A stretch of 64,000 bases of DNA from Macrostomum lignano (lineage: Eukaryota), in assembly GCA_002269645.1 (NCBI GenBank), contig NIVC01002574.1, positions 62,001 to 126,000 of the forward strand, given 5' to 3'. Shown here in pieces: positions 45,301-56,700 of the stretch. The stretch's first letter is position 1; each line of letters opens with the position of its first letter. A program made the position numbers and the translations under genes. The notes beneath the pieces were generated by a model that saw nothing but the letters and a program-made list of their open reading frames with translations, was not told the origin of the DNA and made no database searches.

Positions 45301-48300
45301 CTACAGCAGATCCCGATCTCATTTGATCCCTACAGCAGATCCAGATCCCATTTGATTTGATCCCTACAGCAGATCCCGATCCCATTTGATTTGATCCCTA
45401 CAGCAACAGCAGATCCCGATCCTATTTGATTTGATCCCTACAGCAGATCCCGATCCCATTGATTTGATCCCTACAGCAACAGCAGATCCCGATCCTATTT
45501 GATTTGATCCCTCCAGCAGATCCCGATCTCATTTGATCCCTACAGCAGATCCCGATCTTATTTGATCCCTACAGCACATCCAGATCCCATTTGATTTGAT
45601 CCCTACAGAAGATCCCGATCTCATTTGATCCCTACAGCAGATCCAGATCCCATTTGATTTGATCCCTACAGCAGATCCAGATCCCATTTGATTTGATCCC
45701 TACAGCAACAGCAGATCCCGATCCTATTTGATTTGATCCCTACAGCAGATCCCGATCCCATTTGATTTGATCCCTACAGCAACAGCAGATCCCGATCCCA
45801 TTTGATTTGATCCCTACAGCAACAGCAGATCCCGATCCTTTTTGATTTGATCCCTACAGCAGATCCCGATCCCATTTGATTTGATCCCTACAGCAACAGC
45901 AGATCCCGATCCCATTTGATTTGATCCCTACAGCAACAGCAGATCCCGATCCTTTTTGATTTGATCCCTACAGCAGATCCAGATCCCATTTGATTTGATC
46001 TGTACAGCAGATCCCGATCCCATTTGATTTGATCTCTACAGCAGATCCCGATCTCATTTGATTTGATCCTGACAAGAGGGTTTAAAATTAGTTGTCAAGG
46101 ACAAGCCCAGTTACATATGATCGAACCAGGGACACAGATCCCCACTCCCCATCCTCTTTGATGAAATTTTCGTGTTTTCATTCAAAGCTAGCATCAGTAG
46201 TTACTGTTAGCTCAATTATCCTTCATGCACAGGATTTATGCCAGAATCTCTAATCTGCCAATTCCCAGGCGAGTCCGTCATCCGCGTATTCTCCGACAAG
46301 CTCTGCGTTGCCGCTCTCATCAACCCGGGCCTGTTCACCTTGGCCAGCCAGCTCGAATGGCTGCTGCAGACGCCATTCATCAACCGGCATCTGGTGTTCG
46401 CCGGCCGCCAGTCCGACGAACTTGGCGACTGGCTGCTCAAGGATGCCAGCGTGTCGCCCGCTCGCCTCGGCCAGATGCTGCGCTCTGCACCCGACGCTTC
46501 GCTGCCGCCAGATCATCGGTGAGATGCAGTTGGATGCGATAGATTGGTAGTTGGATGCGGTAGATTGGTAGTTGGATGCGATAGATTGGTAGTTGGATGC
46601 GGTAGATTGGTAGTTGGATGCGATAGATAGTAGTTGGATGCGATAGATTGGTAGTTGGATGCGGTAGATTGGTAGTTGGATGCGATAGATTGGTAGTTGG
46701 ATGCGGTAGATTGGTAGTTGGATGCGATAGATTGGTAGTTGGATGCGGTAGATTGGTAGTTGGATGCGATAGATAGTAGTTGGATGCGATAGATAGTAGT
46801 TGGATGCTGTAGATTGGTAGTTGGATGCGGTAGATTGGTAGTTGGATGCGATAGATTGGTAGTTGGATGCGGTAGATTGGTAGTTGGATGCGATAGATTG
46901 GTAGTTGGATGCGATAGATTGGTAGTTGGATGCGGTAGATTGGTAGTTGGATGCGGTAGATTGGTAGTTGGATGCGATAGATTGGTAGTTGGATGCTGTA
47001 GATTGGTAGTTGGATGCGATAGATTGGTAGTTGGATGCGGTACATTGATAGTTGGATGTGGTACATTGGTAGTTGGATGCGGTAGATTGGTAGTTGGATG
47101 TGGTACATTGGTAGTTGGATGTGGTACATTGGTAGTTGGATGCGATAGATTAGTGGTTGTTGATGTGCAGCAGTCTGGTAGATGGGAGGTGAGATTAACA
47201 GCCACCCCCGACTCCGCTCCCATTCCAGATTCAGCATCTCCTGCGCTCTGAACGCGGCCGGCTCAAGCTGGAAGTCGGCGAAGCCGCCTCTGACGGAATT
47301 CCGCGCCCACGCCCAGCAGTCGGAATTGGACCAATCGGCCGTGCCTGGCGCCGTCCAGCTGGCCGGATTCCTGGCCGGCAAGCAGTGCGGCCTGGCCAAT
47401 GTTGAGCAGCGACTCCGGCCAGCCGGCACAGTGGGTAACATTCGAATCGCCAAGCCCACGCTGTACGTGTTCCCGGCCGGCCTGGGCGACTCCTGCTACC
47501 TGGGCGTGGACGGGTTCGGCCTGCTGGTGAACACCGGTGCCGGCAGGACCCCCGCCTTCTGGCCCTTCCTGGCCCATCTGGATCGGGTGAGTCCTGGCAG
47601 CTGTTATCCATACTGTCCGTGAACTCATCTGGGGCTTGTACATGCCTGGCGATTAGAAAGTCAGGGCCGCTGTGCACCCTCCCGACCGAAAATAATTGCC
47701 CTCTCAAAAACAGTAAGTGTGCCAGTTGTGCCGCAGCTATACCATTTAGCACAGTTATAAATGTCTTTGTATGTCCTATTTGGCTTTTTACGCTGCATAT
47801 TTTTACAAATCATAAGTCCAGATTGTCTCATTTCCTAGAAAGTTTGAAGCCCTTGCTAGAAATCAGCTGCTCCTTCTTAGAATTGGAAAATCGGTTTTAT
47901 ATAAGTCTGCAGATTGCCCAGAATTAGATGTCTTTCTTAGAATCTTACGTAAGATTCTTTCCTACCGTACATCAGTTTGACTTCTTTCCCTATCGAAGAA
48001 TTCTGGTTTTGAATGTTGAAGGTTGAAGTTAAAGTTCGAATATCGAATAAGTGTAGAGCTCGGCCCCCGACCGCAGGTGGACGGCCTCCTACTCAGCCAC
48101 TGGGATCACGACAACCTGCCCGGCCTGCTGGCTCTGCTAGAGCGCCTATCGGTGAAGGAGGCCGGCGGCGGAGCCCCGGTCCTCGGCTGCGCCCTGCTGC
48201 CCTGCCGGCCACGACTGGCCGACGAAGCGGCCTCCGATGCGGCTGCCGCAAACGGCGGCCAGCACCGGCTGGAGGCGAGCATCCGCCGAGACGCCGTGTC

Positions 48301-50879
48301 GGCAATGCGGCTGTTCCGCAGCCTCGGCGTCCATCTGGAGGAGGTGCGCAGGCTGGGCACCGGTCAGCCGCAGCCGATGACGCTGTACAGCAAGCTGGGC
48401 AACGGCTCGCTGGATCTCTACCCGCTGCAGCCGGTAGCCGACGCCAAAGAGTTCAAAGACTTTTTCAACCAGCTGCTGCACTCGCAGGCCTCATCGGCCG
48501 GCGGCAAGCCGTGGCCACTGGCCAAAGTTGGCAACTGCCAGGCCAGCCCGGCTCACGCCAACTCGCTCTGCTGCCTGCTGGTCTGGCGGCCCAGCGATCC
48601 TAAGGCGGCTTGGACTCGCCTGCTGCTGCCCGGCTGCTGTCCGCAGCTGCGCGTCATTGAAGGCTTGGAGAAGGTGATTGTTGCATGAATCTGTAGCTAG
48701 ACCTATGTTAGACTCTTTGTTCTCTAAATTAATAAATCATTCTTCTTACCAAAGATCTTAAAAGTCATTGAATCGCCCTCAGAATGGTCATTAAGGCGCC
48801 CTCAGAATGGTCATTGAAACGCCGTCAGAATGGTCATTGAAGTGACCTCAGAATGGTCATTGACTCACCCTCAAAATGGTCATTGACTCACCCTAAGAAT
48901 GGTCATTGAAGCGCCCTCAGAATGGTCATTGACTCACCCTCAGAATGGTCATTGAAGCGCCCTCAGAATGGTCATTGACTCACCCTCAGAATGGTCATTG
49001 AAGCGCCCTCAGAATGGTCATTAAATCGCCTTCAGACACCTGACTGCCACCCGACCGGCTTATTCCCATTCATTCAGGTGCGCGGCCTGGACTGCTTGAA
49101 GACGGCTGAGTATTCACCCGCCGCCGCCGCCGCCGCGGCTCACAAGCCGGCCAGCGCCGCGGCCAAGAAAACCGCCGCCGCTTCTGGCGACCACGCCGGC
49201 CCGACTGCTGCCGCCGCCAAGCCCCGTCCAAAACCGTCGTCGGCCACCGCCGCCGCTCCCGCCGCCAAGAAGGCCGCGGCTGCTGCTCCTATCGTGAAGA
49301 AGCCGGTTGCCTCGGCTGCAGATCCCGGCAAAACTGCCGCCCCAGCCGCTTCTGGCAAGTCGACAAACGCCGCCTCCAAGTCTTCCATGTCCGCTTCGGC
49401 CTCGGCCAGGCCAACCGCTGCTGCCCCGAAAAAGGAGCCGGCCAAGGCTGGCGCTGGCGTCAAGACCGCGGGCGCGGCGGCGTCCAAACCAACTTCTGCT
49501 GCCGGCCGGAAGGCCGCCGCAGCTCCGGCCTCGTCCAAATCCTCGGCGACTCCGGCTGCTCCGGCGGCGACTCCGGCTGCTCCGGCGGCAACTCCAGCTG
49601 CTCCAGCGGCAACTCCGGTCGCTGATGCCGCTGCCGCTTCACCGCCAGCTGCTGCTGAGGAGAGTCTGGTGACTGAGCAGCACCAGCCAGATTCTGCTGC
49701 CGCTGTTGAAGAGATTCCGCTGGCTAGCGGCGACGGCGGAAGCGGCAATGCCGCTCAGGAGGCCGCCTCGGAGGTCAAGGAAGTCACGGTTAGTGAGATT
49801 CAGGATGTGGGTAGCAGACACACCTGATATTCAGGATGTGGGCAGCAGACACACCTGAGATTGAGGATGTGGGCAGCAGACACACCTGAGATTGAGGATG
49901 TGGGCAGCAGACACACCTGAGATTGAGGATGTGGGCAGCAGACACACCTGAGATTGAGGATGTGGGCAGCAGACACACCTGAGATTGAGGATGTGGGCAG
50001 AAGACACACCTGAGATTGAGGATGTGGGCAGCAGACACACCTGAGATTGAGGATGTGGGCAGCAGACACACCTGAGATTGAGGATGTGGGCAGCAGACAC
50101 ACCTGAGATTGAGGATGTGGGCAGAAGACACACTGAGATTGAGGATGTGGGCAGCAGACACCTGAGATTGAGGATGTGGGCAGCAGACACACCTGAGATT
50201 GAGGATGTGGGCAGCAGACACACCTGGGATTCAGGATGTGGGTAGCGCAGACACCTGATAACGAAGAAGTTACTTTAGATAGTGGAAGCCCAACCGCACC
50301 CTTTACCTGCAATGTGCCGCCCACTAGGAGCAGCTAGGCGCGCAGCAGCAGGAGCAGCAGGAGGCCTGGGCTCTGAACGCCAACAACACAAATAGTGCCG
50401 AGGCGTACAGCGCCGAGCTGATTTCAGCCGATCAGCCGCTGGGGTTGCCAGCCCCGGCCCCAATAAGGTCGTCCAAACCGTCCGGTGGCGCGTCGGCCGC
50501 CGCAGTGAACTACGGCCCGGTGCACCCGCTGCACTTTGACCTGGCGTACGTGCCCGGCCACGGCGAGCGCCAGTTCGCTGACTCCGAGTACTTCAAGCGG
50601 GTCCGGGCTCGCTACTACGTGCTGAGCAGCTGCGACCCTCAGCCAGCTGTACTGGACTCGCTGCTCGAGGGCAAATCGGCCTGGCCAGAGCTCGAAGTCA
50701 CGCTGATCCCTACGCATAGCAACCAGCTGCTGAGCACCTGGCTAAGCCAGAACGCCGTACGGATGCAGCAGCTGCACGTGACGGTGGCGCCGAGCGCCTC
50801 CGATTGCCGGATCCGGCTGCAGCAGCAGGGCGACGAGGCCGACGAACAGGCCTGCACCGCTTACCGCGTGGAGTTCTGA
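39591..50879 (+). CDS. Microtubule-associated protein 1 family (MAP1A/1B/1S, Futsch-like), ~899 aa; exons 39591-39678, 41899-42006, 46233-46518, 47229-47586, 48077-48673, 49078-49788, 50328-50879
   Basis: Heavy-chain motifs LFLITGE...GVHAWDT...EELKTFVS, AALINP, KPTLYVFPAGLGDS...FWPFLAHLDRVDGLLLSH, LLVWRPSDP...RLLLPGCCPQ. Light-chain C-terminus DLAYVPGH...YFKRVRARYYV...VLDSLLEGK...VTLIPTH...YRVEF*. All six introns are phase-consistent (2700 nt CDS). Confidence 0.92.
42318..42360. repeat. (AG)n microsatellite
   Basis: Seen directly. Confidence 0.95.
43652..44385. repeat. 16-bp minisatellite (GATTCGAGCTTGTGAA) in MAP1 intron 2
   Basis: Seen directly. Confidence 0.96.
45125..46070. repeat. 29-40-bp minisatellite (GATTTGATCCCTACAGCAGATCCCGATCCCATTT) in MAP1 intron 2
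   Basis: Seen directly. Confidence 0.96.
46528..47150. repeat. 21-bp minisatellite (GATAGATTGGTAGTTGGATGC) filling MAP1 intron 3
   Basis: Seen directly. Confidence 0.97.
48779..49022. repeat. 23-bp minisatellite (CTCAGAATGGTCATTGAAGCGCC) in MAP1 intron 5
   Basis: Seen directly. Confidence 0.94.
49795..50250. repeat. 31-bp minisatellite (GAGATTGAGGATGTGGGCAGCAGACACACCT) filling MAP1 intron 6
   Basis: Seen directly, beginning within the splice donor region. Confidence 0.96.
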
Positions 50880-52029
50880 GCAACAGCGGAGGTTTTCAGG
50901 CGAAACAAGAACACAATGCGCGTTTTTTTACCGACACTGACTGCTTACTGCTACTATTAGTTTAGTAGCTAATTGTGATTTTTATATTATTAATTATTAT
51001 TATTATTTTATAAACCAGTTCGGCTTCGCTGTTTTTCATGTGCCCTAATTCCAGTTTTATTTGCGAGGCAGTTTAGCTATATTAATTAGAAATATTAGAA
51101 GCACTGCTAGCTATTTGCATAAGTGCCATCTGAACTGTTCCATGTTATGCCATACAGTCCCCCTCCCATCCTGATTCTGCTCTCTTTTATAATCCCACTT
51201 TTGTTGCTAAGCTTGCGCTAAATTAATAGTACAGGATGCACTTTTCTGAACTTATAAATTGCCCGCTTCACGGTAAATTGGACCGTTCCTCTATCATAAC
51301 ATTTTTATTGATCTGCGCGCCCTTTAGCTTTATTTCCTCTTTATACTACTAGTACTGGCCTACACGCTCGTGAGTAGTCGATACGCGTTTTCTTCTATTT
51401 TAGTCCATTTCTTCGAAAATCGACATAGGAAATCCGTTCAAATTGCGCAACAATTCCCACTGCACACAGGGCGTTTCTTTGTTTCATTTTATAGACATCC
51501 GGTGGCTTGGCCTGCAGCTTCCAATCTGTTTTTTTTGTCTCTTCAACAATTCTATAGCCTAAATTTTAGTTCCAATTGCTTATTTATATTGTCCAGACGT
51601 ATTTGAAACCTAACAATAGGTGGAACGGGAAACACAAATCTGCGTTTTTTGCTTTGCAAACCGAGCAGTTTTTTTCACTCGCAAATTTCAATTAACATCG
51701 TGATTCGTTGATCCTCATCATAATGCCCTTTGTTGTCCTCTGCTTCAAGCGCACAGCCTAGCAACAAAAAAACTAATTTATTTTCTCGAACAATCTTTGA
51801 TGCAAGTCCGCTGTTCTCTCGACTATATTTATATTTTCTTGCGCCTAATTATTAAAATAATCATTTACGAAATTACGATATTTATTGTCTTTAATTGCAA
51901 AATAAACGAAGACAAAAAAGCTTAGTAACTCCCTGCACTGTCGTGTTGCATCAAACCACTTTGACACGTTTCAAACTGCTGACTGCATCATTAGATGATG
52001 CTTAGTGAGATGCTTGCTAAGTGAGTAGC

Positions 52030-52950
52030 TGAGTGGGATGGTTGAGTGGCGGTTGCTGAGTGGGGGTTGTTTGCTGAGTGGGCAGAATCACTGAGTCGAA
52101 TGGTTGAGTGGGCAGGATTACTGAGCGGGATGGTTGAGTGGGGAGGGTTGCTGAGCGGGATGGTTGAGTGGGGAGGGTTGCTGAGCGGGATGGTTGAGTG
52201 GGGAGGGTTGCTGAGCGGGATGGTTGAGTGGGGAGGGTTGCTGAGCGGGATGGTTGAGTGGGGAGGGTTGCTGAGCGGGATGGTTGAGTGGGCAGAATTA
52301 CTGAGCGGGATGGTTGAGTGGGGAGGGTTGCTGAGCGGGATGGTTGAGTGGGCAGGATTACTGAGCGGGATGGTTGAGCTTGTGCAGGATTGCTGAGCGG
52401 GATGGTTGAGTGGGCAGGATTACTGAGCGGGATGGTTGAGTGGGCAGGATTACTGAGCGGGATGGTTGAGCTTGTGCAGGATTGCTGAGCGGGATGGTTG
52501 AGTGGGCAGGATTACTGAGCGGGATGGTTGAGCTTGTGCAGGATTGCTGAGCGGGATGGTTGAGTGGGCAGGATTACTGAGCGGGATGGTTGAGTGGGCA
52601 GGATTACTGAGCGGGATGGTTGAGTGGGCAGGATTGCTGAGCGGGATGGTTGAGTGGGCAGGATTGCTGAGTGGAATGGTTGAGTGGGCAGGATTGCTGA
52701 GCGGGATGGTTGAGTGGGCAGGATTACTGAGCGGGATGGTTGAGCTTGTGCAGGATTGCTGAGCGGGATGGTTGAGCTTGTGCAGGATTGCTGAGCGGGA
52801 TGGTTGAGTGGGCAGGATTGCTGAGCGGGATGGTTGAGTGGGCAGGATTACTGAGCGGGATGGTTGAGTGGGCAGGATTACTGAGCGGGATGGTTGAGTG
52901 GGCAGGATTGCTGAGTGGAATGGTTGAGTGGGCAGGGTTGCTGAGTGAGT
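52030..52950. repeat. 30-bp G-rich minisatellite (GAGCGGGATGGTTGAGTGGGCAGGATTACT) between convergent MAP1 and Mondo 3' ends
   Basis: About 30 units seen directly. Confidence 0.97.
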
Positions 52951-53703
52951 GGGGTTTGCTGAGTGGCAGTTATGGTGTACCGGTATATGCGTTGAGTCGT
53001 GAAAAGCAGCAACACCGCCCCATCAAAATTAAAAGTCAGAAGTTTAGCTTTATTAAATGTGGGTTAGATGTGAACGAGCCTTTAATTTAAGATGAATCTA
53101 TGTTGATGGATTCATAAATTCATGTCGAGTCTAGCATAGCAACAAAGAATTCGCAGTTCAACTGCCACGCCAATATTTTAATCTGGGCTATGAAACCAAG
53201 GTGAAGAACCATCGCTTCAAACAAAGTATGTATTATATATGTACAAAACAAGGCAAAAGTACATTACATTAGAATGAATAATGTGGCCACTAAATAGCTA
53301 TACTAGTTACAAAGCTACTACTACAAGTAGGCAACGCACATACAATAAGAAAGAGCCTGACAAATCAGAAAAATCAGCAATTAAACTACGGTAAAAAACT
53401 CTGGGTGTATCGTTAAAGCGAGAAATTCTGCTACAGAGGGGCGAGTTGTCGTTAGCAGTAATGCAAACAGTAGCAGGGAAGGGCATCACAGATAAGGTGG
53501 CCTCTAGCCGAGATTAACTCCGGTTGGGGCAGAGAACGGATGACGATTAAATGAGTTTGTGTACAGCGCCAACTCTAGCTACGAGTAATTTCATATTTAC
53601 TATATACAATCAAAGCAGTGAAACTCGAACCATTCAAAATATAGAGGGTTCAGGGTTAATGTGTACGTAACATAATTGCAATCTGGCCAACGCTCACTTG
53701 GGC

Positions 53704-56700
53704 TTATTCAGTCATTAAATAGTCCTCAGCTTCATCTTCGGGATCGGAGATTGCAGCAGCACCTGCTGATGCCTCGATGGCGGCGGACGAGGCGGCGGTC
53801 AAGCGAATTGGCAAATTGCCGCTGTGAACCCCGGCGATGACCTGGGAGCTGGTTTGGCCCGGATCCGTCAAGATGGAGGTGGTCACGCACAGCTGGGTCA
53901 GGGCGCGGTGAGCAGCTGGGGTGCAGGGTGGAGGGCTGTCAGTAACTGATTGGCTGCTATTTGATTGGCTGTCAACTGATTGGCTGCTATTTTATTGGCT
54001 GTTAGCATGGCTGCTATTTGATTGGCTATGAGCTGATTGGCTGCTATTTTATTGGCTGTCAGCATGGCTGCTGTTTGATTGGCTATGAGCTGATTGGCTG
54101 CTGGGTTATGTGCTATTTAATTGGCTATGAGCTGATTGGCTGCTGATTAGGTGCTATTTGATTGGCTATAAGCTGATTGGCTGATATTCGATTAACCTGC
54201 TTATCTAACTGGTCGGACAATAACATGCTTATTTGAAACACAGCAACAAACTCGGCAAGCAGGGACCCGTTCGCTACTCACAAGGCCGCAGTTTGGTCAG
54301 GCAGAAGTGCTGGTCGGCCCAGTTCAGCACAGTCCTGGCGAAATCCTCAATCGAGCACGTGGAAACGTTGCTATTGTAAGCGTCGAATGCGTCTGAGACC
54401 ATCAGGCTGAACTGCAGGGAGGGGTTGGCAGGGACAGTTTTGCTAAAATCATTCTCATACTCATTTCTCACTGTCGCATAATCGATTCTTCTTTTTCGGG
54501 CTATAGGAGTACTTTTATTACGTTTTAATGTCTACTTACTCTGAATCTCACCGTCTACTCTGAATCTCTCAGTCTACTTACTCTGAATCTCACCGTCTAC
54601 TCCGAATCTCACAGTCTACTTACTCTGAATCTCAAAGTCTACTTACTCTGAATCTCACAGTCTACTCATCTGAATCTCACAGTCTACTCATCTGAATCTC
54701 ACAGTCTACTTACTCTGAATCTCACAGTCTACTTACTCTGAATCTAAGTTTACTTTCCAACCTTTCCACTCCCTTGACACAGCACCCATTTCCAACACAA
54801 ACAACTGGCTGAACTCACAAGATAAAACTTCCAGTTGTTGAGCACGCCGGGCCCGGCGTAGCTGTCCTCAAACCAGCGCCTGCCGTCCAACTGCTGCCTC
54901 TGCTGGCCGTGCGCCGACCCAGCGGTCGACGCCGCTGTAGCCGACGAAGCTGCGGACAGGTGCTCACAGGCTGTGCCGATTTCAGCGCGCAGCCGGGCGG
55001 CCTCGGCGCGAAGCAGCTCGGCCTGACGGCGGCTCTCGGCCCGCTCTGAGCGCAGCTGGCGGAGCCGGTCGGCCGCCTTGTGCAGCAGGGCGGCTTTGGC
55101 GAGCTTCTGGGAGCCGCTCACTGGCAGCAGCGCCTGCAGCGTGTCGAAGGCCGAGTTGATGGACACCCGTCGGGCCTGCAGAAGGGGATGGCACGTCCGG
55201 GTTGGTCTGTTTTCTGGCACTCCTATTCTGTCACTCTATTAGCTGGCACTCCGATTCTGTTACTCTATTAGCTGGCACTCTGGTTGGTTCTGCCACTCTA
55301 TTAGCTGGCACTCTGGTTGGTTCTGTCACTTTATTAGCTGGCACTCCGATTCTGTCACTCTCAGCTGGCATTACGATTCTGTCACTCTATTAGCTGGCAC
55401 TCCGATTCTGTCACTCTTAGCTGGCATTCCGATTCTGTCACTCTAAACGCTGGCACTCAGATTCTGTCACACTATAAGCTGGCACTCTGGTTGGTTCTGC
55501 CACTCTATTAGCTGGCACTCCGATTCTGTCACTCTTAGCTGGCACTCTGGTTCTGTCACTCTATTAGCTGGCACTCTGATTGTGTCACTCTATCTGCTGG
55601 CACTCTGATTGTGTCACTCTATCTGCTGGCACTCTAGAATTCTATCTGCATACTAGTTGCCACCCGAAATCCTAGTTAAAACAACAAGTATGCAAATATG
55701 ACCTCATCAATAAGGTAAAAACAGGAAGCAGATGCAACAGGCAAGCACAAACCTGTTCAGTTTTCAATGACATAGCCATGGACTGCTTGTGAAGCAGGTA
55801 GCTCTCCCTATGCCTGTTCATTGACGGCTGTAAGCGGAGGAAAAATTGAAATTGCTTCAACTAATATTAACCATCTTCATCACAAACACATGAGTCTACA
55901 TTGCCAGGATAGCAAAATAATGAAGATTTAATAAACTAACCAACTCAATTCTGAATCCATCGCCAGACAGGGAGGAACAATCCATGTCGGATTTTGGTAT
56001 AGCTGTAGGCAATTGAACTTCTGGCTGCTGCTGCTGGGTGTGCAGCTTCCTTTGTTGCTGCTGCTGATGATGGTGCTGCAGCGGAGGCGGCGGCGGCGAT
56101 GGCTCGGGCAGAACCGGGGCCCTGAGAATCCTGTAAAGAGTCTCCGAGCCGGCTATGCTGAAAGCTGGAGCTGGCGGTGGCAGCGGCGGAGGCGGCGTTG
56201 GAGTCGGCAGCTGTACATGAATGCCGATGCCTCTCAGGTAGTCTAGCAGAGCGCTGACCACAGCGGGTGGCTGGTTAGTGCGGGCCAGGAGACCCTGCAG
56301 AGTGCTTACAATTCTCTGGTACTCCGCTGGGCTGAGATTCACCACGGGAGTCTGCTGGAGCGGCGGCGGCGGCGGCGGCGGCTGCGGAGTCAGCGGCGGA
56401 GGCGGCGGCGGCGGCGGGGGAGTCGGCACTACGAATGTAGTCGCAACCGAAGTCGCAGTCGATGGCATCGGCATCGCGGCGGTGGCCGAGACGGAGACAG
56501 CGGCAGAAGAGGTCAGCAAAGCCAGCAGCTGGTCACCGCCAATGAAATCGTCAATGCTGGGCTGCAGCTGCTGCAACCCCGGCTGGATGAAGTCGGAGTT
56601 CACCCCGCCGCCGATACCGCCGCCACTGCCGCCGCCGCCGCCGACACTGCAGTCGACAATGCCGACACCGTTGACGTAGCCGGAGCCGCAGACCGCGGTG

